Positions 1 through 5,208 of a stretch of DNA of 5,546 nt are shown here, piece after piece. The stretch spans positions 1 through 5,546 of the forward strand of contig JBJCIZ010000139.1 in NCBI GenBank assembly GCA_051294375.1, written 5' to 3'. The notes beneath the pieces were generated by a model, which was not told where the DNA came from, ran no database searches, and worked only from the letters and a program-made list of their open reading frames with translations. The stretch comes from Paraspadella gotoi. Its lineage: Eukaryota > Animalia > Chaetognatha. The translations under genes were made by a program, and so were the position numbers. How positions within the stretch are numbered: position 1 is the stretch's first letter; each line of letters starts with the position of its first letter.

Positions 1-39
1 CCTTTTCCAATCTCGGTGCCAGGTTAACCGCTATCCACA
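1..39 (+). repeat. Possible 3' end (U5) of the 5' LTR
   Basis: Ends in CA (38-39), followed by a 2-nt spacer (GC) and TGG, the usual LTR/PBS junction. There is no second copy in the window to confirm it. Confidence 0.35.
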
Positions 40-41
40 GC

Positions 42-55
42 TGGTGTATCCCGAC
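42..55 (+). promoter_or_regulatory. Candidate primer binding site (tRNA-Trp-like, imperfect)
   Basis: TGGTGTATCCCGAC compared with TGGTGACCCCGAC, the complement of the metazoan tRNA-Trp 3' end used by CsRn1-clade elements. It has one extra T and one C>T change that allows a G-U wobble, and lies upstream of gag directly after CA+2 nt. Confidence 0.45.
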
Positions 56-75
56 TTAAAGATTTAAACCAACCT

Positions 76-109
76 CTGATATCTATCCTGATACTTATCC
101 TGAAATATC
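76..109 (+). repeat. Degenerate 12-nt tandem repeat, 3 copies
   Basis: CTGATATCTATC (76-87), CTGATACTTATC (88-99), CTGAAATATC (100-109). Confidence 0.7.
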
Positions 110-248
110 GCCTTAGCAAATTTTACCCACGTGTTTAGTCTGGAGTCCTAAACCTTTGAAAATCAATTCGAAATGAAATAAATAAATAAAATCAATAAAG
201 AACAACCCAACAAGAAGATGTCAAGAAGCGGAGTGAATTCACCTCTGA

Positions 249-292
249 GGTAGGCAGATGCGTGGAATATTAGGCTATTTTCTCTGCCTATC
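249..292 (+). other. Leader stem-loop (possible packaging or translation control element)
   Basis: TAGGCAGA (251-258) is the exact reverse complement of TCTGCCTA (283-290). The stem extends by G250-U291 and G249-C292, with an inner stem GGAATA (264-269)/TATTTT (276-281) containing two G-U pairs. Function is inferred only. Confidence 0.5.
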
Positions 293-355
293 CCTAACCA
301 CTCCCTCTCTCTCTCTTCTTTTCCCTTTCAAACTCTCCCACATCTTACTCGACGG

Positions 356-1465
356 ATGAGCGGCCCCGCCGGCGGCACCCGCGCCAAAGCAGCGCAACTA
401 GGCGACCAAAACGAAGTCTCGCCCTCATTGCAAGACCGACCAACTCATCTGGCGCCACCACCTGCCCTCGGATTCGGCCGCGGAAGACGCTCGCCAGCGA
501 CAACGCCAAATTTAGAAGCAGCAGCCAATACTTTTAATCTCCCTTCGCCGATATCGCCTTCAGCTGCTCAGATGGCAGACGCACCGCCTCTGGATCCACA
601 GGCGGAGCTCGTGCGAGCCCTCGCCGCCACGTTGACGGCGTCACTTCACAGCATCAGTCTAAAGAAACCGAAATTGCCAGATTTCGATTCTGACAACGTT
701 GAACTTTGGATTCAACGCGTGGAGGCCGCCTACACGCGCGCCGGAACGACCTCAGCCAAAGAAAAATTCGCTCACCTGGAAGACAAATTCTCTGTCGACC
801 TAAACCCGCGAATTAACGCCTTTCTCTTCGGCGAGGCGACCGACGAGCGTTGGAGAAGTTTCCTCGCCTACTTGAGATCCGAATATGGTCGTACACGTTC
901 CCAACAGGCATCGTCTCTCATCGACGGCATGCGTCGCGAAAATCGTCGCCCATCTCAGCTTCTCGCTCTCATGAAGGAGAAAGCGGGAAAAGTAACCGTC
1001 GACGATATCATGAAAGAGCTTCTACTCCGCGAATTACCCACTGAAGTTCAGCGAAGCCTCGCCGAACGGGTGGAGACGGTCGACGCCGAGGCCGCCGCCA
1101 AAATGGCCGACGCTTATTTCGACAAAGACGGCAAAACTCTGCATCCAGCGACGTCTGCAGCTGCATTCGCCGTCAATCCGACAGTCGAGCCACTGATGCC
1201 GGAAGAATTCACGGCACCTTTCGATGACGTCAATGCCGTCAACCGTCCACGTTTCCATCAACCTCCACGTCGACCTTTCTCATCCAACAGGCGCCCAGCG
1301 GCACCTGAAAAAGCACCGAGCGATTTCAAAAGAAATCAAACGCCTAAGACGTCGAAGGTCGACATCTGTTTTTATCACAAAAAGTATGGAGATTCGGCAA
1401 GAAATTGTGAACCCGGCTGCTATCGTCAGCGACCGGAAAACGGGAAGGCCGGCGGGCGGAAGTGA
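356..1465 (+). CDS. gag: Gag polyprotein (capsid-like domain plus CHCC nucleocapsid)
   Basis: 369-aa ORF. KLPDFDSDNVELWIQRVEA begins a retrotransposon capsid-like helical region, followed by an Arg/Pro-rich basic linker and C-terminal CFYHKKYGDSARNCEPGC. The start is uncertain: ATG 356 has C at -3, and ATG 572 (MADAPP) is an alternative. Confidence 0.92.
   Translation: MSGPAGGTRAKAAQLGDQNEVSPSLQDRPTHLAPPPALGFGRGRRSPATTPNLEAAANTFNLPSPISPSAAQMADAPPLDPQAELVRALAATLTASLHSISLKKPKLPDFDSDNVELWIQRVEAAYTRAGTTSAKEKFAHLEDKFSVDLNPRINAFLFGEATDERWRSFLAYLRSEYGRTRSQQASSLIDGMRRENRRPSQLLALMKEKAGKVTVDDIMKELLLRELPTEVQRSLAERVETVDAEAAAKMADAYFDKDGKTLHPATSAAAFAVNPTVEPLMPEEFTAPFDDVNAVNRPRFHQPPRRPFSSNRRPAAPEKAPSDFKRNQTPKTSKVDICFYHKKYGDSARNCEPGCYRQRPENGKAGGRK
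1367..1420 (+). other. CHCC zinc knuckle (C-X2-H-X9-C-X3-C)
   Basis: TGT 1367, CAC 1376, TGT 1406 and TGC 1418 in the gag frame. The spacing matches the motif described for CsRn1-clade Gag. Confidence 0.9.
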
Positions 1466-1521
1466 ACGCCGTCCCGACCGGCCCAATCATCGACAGCAGC
1501 GACGCCTTACTCTTCGTTCAC
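1435..1521 (+). promoter_or_regulatory. -1 programmed ribosomal frameshift signal: slippery heptamer G_GAA_AAC plus downstream stem-loop/pseudoknot
   Basis: The heptamer at 1435-1441 is in the correct gag phase and inside the gag/pol overlap (pol frame open from 1411, gag stop 1463-1465). A 5-nt spacer precedes a 13-bp all-GC stem (1447-1459/1469-1483), whose loop GTGAACG (1462-1468) is complementary to CGTTCAC (1515-1521). Confidence 0.82.
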
Positions 1522-4500
1522 GATCGCGACAATAAATTAAACTGGTTAATCGACGGTGGAGCGACAGTTTCAATTGTGCCGCCCACCAAGCATGAAAAGG
1601 AACGAGGAGCAAATGGAACTCAACTCAGAGCAGCAAACGGGTCCCCAATACCCTGCTACGGTTACAGAGACGTTCAGGTCCGTCTCGGGAACAGAGTTTT
1701 CCCCTTCGTAGTAACCGTGGCGGATGTCACTCAACCACTGTTAGGCTCCGACTTTCTAGCGGAGCACTACCTTGCCCCCAACCACAGAGATGGTTTTTTA
1801 ATAGACCTGACCGACTATACTACTATTGCAGCAGCTAGAGCCAACAAACAACCAACTTTAAGAATTAACTTCGTCAACCAAGCCGACGACCCATATTACA
1901 AGTTGTTGGACTCTTACAAAGACCTATGTACTCCATCTTTCCAACCAAAAGAGCCAAAGCATGGAGTTAGGCATTATATTCCAACCACGGGACGCCCAGT
2001 GCAATCTCGCGCCCGTAGGCTCGCCCCCGACAAACTCGAGGTCGCTAGGAAAGAGCTCGATAAATTGTGCCAACTCGGCATCGCTCGCCGCGCCAAGAGT
2101 GAGTGGGCGTCACCCTTACTGGTAGTAAATAAACCAGATGGTGGACATCGCGTTTGTGGCGACTTCCGTCGCCTCAATAACGCGACAATCGATGACAAGT
2201 ACCCAGTAAAAACATTAAATGATTTTAACTCCAATTTGAGCGGAAAACGCGTATTTAGTAAGATAGACTTACTAAAGGGATACCATCAGATCCCAGTAGC
2301 GGAGCAGGATGTCCCAAAAACAGGCGTTATAACTCCATTTGGCCTTTTTGTCTTCCCGCGTACACCCTTTGGGTTGAAAAACGCGGGTCAAGATTTTCAA
2401 CGCCTAATGGACGAAATTCTTGACGGTTTACCCTATCTATTCGTCTATATCGACGACATCTTAGTAGCGTCACGTGATCACCAAGAACACGAGCAGCACC
2501 TCCGTGAAGTCTTTGATAAACTTCACCAAAACGGTCTGGTAGTCAATCGCCAGAAATGTGTACTTGGTCAACCAGCTTTAGATTTCCTCGGTTATAGGAT
2601 CGATGCAAATGGAATTTCTCCTCTCCCCAACCGAGTCTCAGCTATCAACGAAACCTCTCCACCAACAACGATAAAAGAGTTGCAGAGGTTTTTAGGTATG
2701 ATAAATTATTATCGTAGATTCGTACCTAAATCCGCACATCACCTTTACCCATTGTTTGAGGCATTAAAATGCAAAACTAGACCTCGAATTCTTCAATGGA
2801 GTCAACAATGCCAAGAGTCATTCGAGGCAATCAAGCATGCCCTCTCTCAAGCCACCATGCTGAGCCACCCTCGCCCAGGCGCCTCACTGGCTATCACTTC
2901 CGACGCTTCAAACACGGCCATTGGCGCCGTATTAGAACAGCGCGGACCAAGTGGTTGGGAACCGCTCGCGTTTTTCTCGGCCAAATTACAAAAAAATCAA
3001 CAATTATGGCCTCCTTTCGATCGCGAACTTCTCGCCGCCTGGAGAGCAATACGACACTTCAGAGACATGATCGAAGGCAGAAAATTCACGCTTTATACGG
3101 ATCATAAGTCCCTGGTTCCCGCTCTAGCCAAAAAGTCAGAACCTCATACCGCTCGTCAGACCTATCAATTAGCCGGTATAGCCGAGTATACTACAGATAT
3201 TCAATATCTCGCCGGCAAAGCAAATGTAGTAGCTGACTCATTATCTCGACCAAACGTGACGCTTAATCCTGAGCCCAATCTTTCTCCTCCCCCCCCTCCC
3301 CCTTCCCCTACCCCTCCCCCTCTCTTCCCTTCTCTCTCTCTCCCCCAAAACCAATCCCCACCCATCGTAGCCTCTATCGAGAAGGAAGTTCCCGACGAGA
3401 AGAAAGAAAATCTCAATCACATCGCGGCGTCAATCCTTCAACACGGCATCGATCTGCATCAAATGGCCATCGATCAACCCCTCGATGCAGATTATCAGCG
3501 AATTATCCGCGACTCTACTTCAGGCCTTCGTTTTCGTCGAATTCCAATCGGCGAAACCTCCATCATAGTCGACGTTAGCAACGGCCCGCCGAGACCTTTC
3601 GTTCCCTACGCTTGGCGGCGCCGCGTTTTCGAGACTATTCACAACCTAGGCCATCCCGGAGTCGAAAGAACTCGTCAAACTGTAAGCGAAAAATTCGTCT
3701 GGCCTTCAATTCGATCTGACGTCTCTAAATGGGCTCGAGAATGCCCAGAATGTCAGCGAGCCAAAGTCACGAGAAATACAATCCCCGATATCGGCACCTT
3801 CGAGCTCCCTGACCGACGTTTCAGCCATATCCACGTTGACATTGTCTCTCTTCCGCCTTCAAACGGATTTAATTACGTATTGACGGCGGTCGATCGCTTT
3901 ACGCGATGGCCCATGGCCATCCCAATGAAGGATATCGCAGCTAAAACGGTCGCAGATTCTCTAGTGCATGGCTGGATATCATCTTTTGGCGTTCCTTCCA
4001 CCATAACTACCGACCGAGGATCTCAATTCCTTTCAACAACTTGGAAACAATTACTCGCTTCCTGGGGAATCACCCACTGCCTCACTACTGCGTATCACCC
4101 GCAATCGAATGGTTTAGTGGAACGATTTCACCGCCGATTAAAGGAATCATTAATTGCCCTCGGCGCCGATACCAACGGAGATTGGTATTGGCGATTACCA
4201 TGTTCATTACTCGCCATCAGAACGACCTTAAAACCAGATGTCGGAGCCTCACCAGCGGAGCTCGTTTATGGCGAAGCTATCGCCGTCCCCGGCGACCTCA
4301 TTTCCGCGCAAACCGGAAGTGACGCTGACGAGCGTCAACAACGTCGCCGCACGCTCGCCAACCTTCGCCTTGAAGTCTCCCGCCTTCAACCAGTAGCAAC
4401 CTCCGCCCATCGACAACCAAACGTCCACCTCCCCGACGCTCTCCGCCACGCCTCCCACGTCTACGTGCGCCGAGGAGGCGTGGCCTCGATGCTCTCCGCT

Positions 4501-5208
4501 CCTTACCTCGGCCCCTACCGAGTCGTATCTCGAGACGAATTGACATTCAGAATCGAAATCCCAGGAAGAGGAACTGAAAATGTCTCCATCTCACGCCTAA
4601 AACCCGCGTACGAGGCCGACGACAACAACAACAACAACGCCTCTCCGCCACGAAGCCCCTCCCCTCCGCCCTCTCCGCCTCCCCCGGGGCGGCGACCCGG
4701 AATTCGAAGCCGTTTCCCCACACCATCAACTCGAAACCTTCGTTCGTCGTCGTCAAAAAACTCGTCCGCTCCTCCTCCTCCTCCTCCTCCTCCTCCTCCT
4801 CCCCCTCCCCCCCCCCAACCTTCCTCCCACACCCCCGCTCCACCCCCGACCCCAAACTTTCTTTCCCCCCTTGATTTTCCGCCTCTAAATCAAAAAATAA
4901 ACAAACCGAGCGAAAACGTAAACAAAGAGGTAAATAAACCGAAAACCCCCGAAAGAGAAGAAAATTCGAACTCGAACGATCTCGTTATTTCACCAAATCG
5001 AAGAGAAGACATTCGGGAATCCATTCCCGAACCTGCCCCCTCTCCAAACATTCCCCCTCGCCCCTTTACCTTTTCGAAACCTACCCCCGAAAATTTTTCC
5101 TATCGAGCGGCGACTCGTCTCCCCTCACCCTCGAACGTTAATTCAACTCGTCGCTCTTACGCGTCCGTTCTCTCCCACCTGCTGCAGCAACTCGACACCG
5201 AGAACTAA
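1441..5208 (+). CDS. pol: Pol polyprotein (protease, reverse transcriptase, RNase H, integrase, Pro-rich tail), expressed as a Gag-Pol fusion
   Basis: The ORF track gives 1462-5208 from a GTG, but the frame is open from 1411 and is -1 relative to gag. The first codon after the predicted shift is CGG at 1441 (...RPEN/REGRRAEVNAVPTG...). All catalytic motifs are present. Confidence 0.96.
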   Translation, partial: REGRRAEVNAVPTGPIIDSSDALLFVHDRDNKLNWLIDGGATVSIVPPTKHEKERGANGTQLRAANGSPIPCYGYRDVQVRLGNRVFPFVVTVADVTQPLLGSDFLAEHYLAPNHRDGFLIDLTDYTTIAAARANKQPTLRINFVNQADDPYYKLLDSYKDLCTPSFQPKEPKHGVRHYIPTTGRPVQSRARRLAPDKLEVARKELDKLCQLGIARRAKSEWASPLLVVNKPDGGHRVCGDFRRLNNATIDDKYPVKTLNDFNSNLSGKRVFSKIDLLKGYHQIPVAEQDVPKTGVITPFGLFVFPRTPFGLKNAGQDFQRLMDEILDGLPYLFVYIDDILVASRDHQEHEQHLREVFDKLHQNGLVVNRQKCVLGQPALDFLGYRIDANGISPLPNRVSAINETSPPTTIKELQRFLGMINYYRRFVPKSAHHLYPLFEALKCKTRPRILQWSQQCQESFEAIKHALSQATMLSHPRPGASLAITSDASNTAIGAVLEQRGPSGWEPLAFFSAKLQKNQQLWPPFDRELLAAWRAIRHFRDMIEGRKFTLYTDHKSLVPALAKKSEPHTARQTYQLAGIAEYTTDIQYLAGKANVVADSLSRPNVTLNPEPNLSPPPPPPSPTPPPLFPSLSLPQNQSPPIVASIEKEVPDEKKENLNHIAASILQHGIDLHQMAIDQPLDADYQRIIRDSTSGLRFRRIPIGETSIIVDVSNGPPRPFVPYAWRRRVFETIHNLGHPGVERTRQTVSEKFVWPSIRSDVSKWARECPECQRAKVTRNTIPDIGTFELPDRRFSHIHVDIVSLPPSNGFNYVLTAVDRFTRWPMAIPMKDIAAKTVADSLVHGWISSFGVPSTITTDRGSQFLSTTWKQLLASWGITHCLTTAYHPQSNGLVERFHRRLKESLIALGADTNGDWYWRLPCSLLAIRTTLKPDVGASPAELVYGEAIAVPGDLISAQTGSDADERQQRRRTLANLRLEVSRLQPVATSAHRQPNVHLPDALRHASHVYVRRGGVASMLSAPYLGPYRVVSRDELTFRIEIPGRGTENVSISRLKPAYEADDNNNNNASPPRSPSPPPSPPPPGRRPGIRSRFPTPSTRNLRSSSSKNSSAPPPPPPPPPPPPPPPQPSSHTPAPPPTPNFLSPLDFPPLNQKINKPSENVNKEVNKPKTPEREENSNSNDLVISPNRREDIRESIPEPAPSPNIPPRPFTFSKPTPENFSYRAATRLPSPSNVNSTRRSYASVLSHLLQQLDTEN
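1507..1800 (+). other. Aspartic protease (retropepsin) domain
   Basis: LIDGGA with catalytic Asp at 1552-1554, flap-like LRAANGSPI, and LLGSDFL (1738-1758). Boundaries are approximate. Confidence 0.88.
2029..2601 (+). other. Reverse transcriptase domain
   Basis: WASPL (2104), DFRRLN, FSKIDLLKGYHQI, PFGLKNA, YIDD (2446-2457) and FLGY (2584). Boundaries are approximate. Confidence 0.97.
2887..3249 (+). other. RNase H domain (Ty3/Gypsy type)
   Basis: TSDAS (Asp 2902), DRELLA, YTDHK and NVVADSLSR (ends 3249) supply the D-E-D-D catalytic residues. Confidence 0.95.
3279..3346 (+). repeat. 68-nt polypyrimidine tract encoding a Pro/Ser/Leu-rich linker between RNase H and integrase
   Basis: Only one purine (A3310) in 68 nt. 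It translates as LSPPPPPPSPTPPPLFPSLSLP. Confidence 0.85.
3595..4611 (+). other. Integrase (HHCC zinc domain, D,D(35)E core, GPY/F module)
   Basis: His 3640, His 3652, Cys 3742 and Cys 3751; Asp 3838, Asp 4012 and Glu 4120 (35 residues between the second D and E); GPY at 4510-4518; SISRLKPAY ending at 4611. Confidence 0.96.
4624..4638 (+). repeat. (AAC)5 microsatellite encoding Asn5
   Basis: Five in-frame AAC codons shortly after the conserved end of integrase. Confidence 0.8.
4771..4815 (+). repeat. (CCT)10 microsatellite plus C-runs encoding Pro15
   Basis: CCT x10 (4771-4800), then CCC CCT CCC CCC CCC, all in the pol frame. Confidence 0.92.

Noticed and set aside
446-459. Alternative LTR end/PBS: CA-tc-TGGCGCCACC (tRNA-Lys-like), which would put the gag start at 572
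   Set aside because: Only 7 nt match a Lys-type PBS, it lies within the open GC-rich gag frame, and the site at 42 fits the clade's tRNA-Trp better. It is not fully excluded without the second LTR.
1462-1464. GTG as an independent pol start, overlapping the gag stop (GTGA) like prokaryotic translational coupling
   Set aside because: This is a eukaryotic retroelement, the pol frame is open from 1411, and a well-formed -1 frameshift signal lies upstream. The GTG reads as Val in a VNAV motif.
850-4546. Other short alternative-frame and antisense ORFs (850-1044, 1034-1261, 1224-1535, 1280-1486, 1974-2234, 2796-3107, 3201-3416, 4041-4322, 4249-4458, 4298-4546)
   Set aside because: All are 64-103 aa, nested in gag/pol, without motifs, and of a length expected by chance in GC-rich coding DNA.
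4515-4855. Antisense ORFs with poly-Gly (4515-4832) and poly-Glu (4547-4855)
   Set aside because: These are shadows of the (CCT)n and C-rich tracts, which lack stops by composition. No recognisable domain.
4951-4964. Purine run GAAAGAGAAGAAAA (and similar at 3397-3410) as a PPT
   Set aside because: Both are inside the pol ORF, explained by Glu/Lys/Arg codons, lack a G-run and are not followed by an LTR-like TG start. They cannot be compared with the true 3' PPT, which is not in the window.
356-5208. Retroviral late-domain motifs (PTAP/PSAP, PPxY) in the Pro-rich regions
   Set aside because: I found no exact match in Gag or the Pro-rich segments, only near-misses such as PSAA and TPAP.
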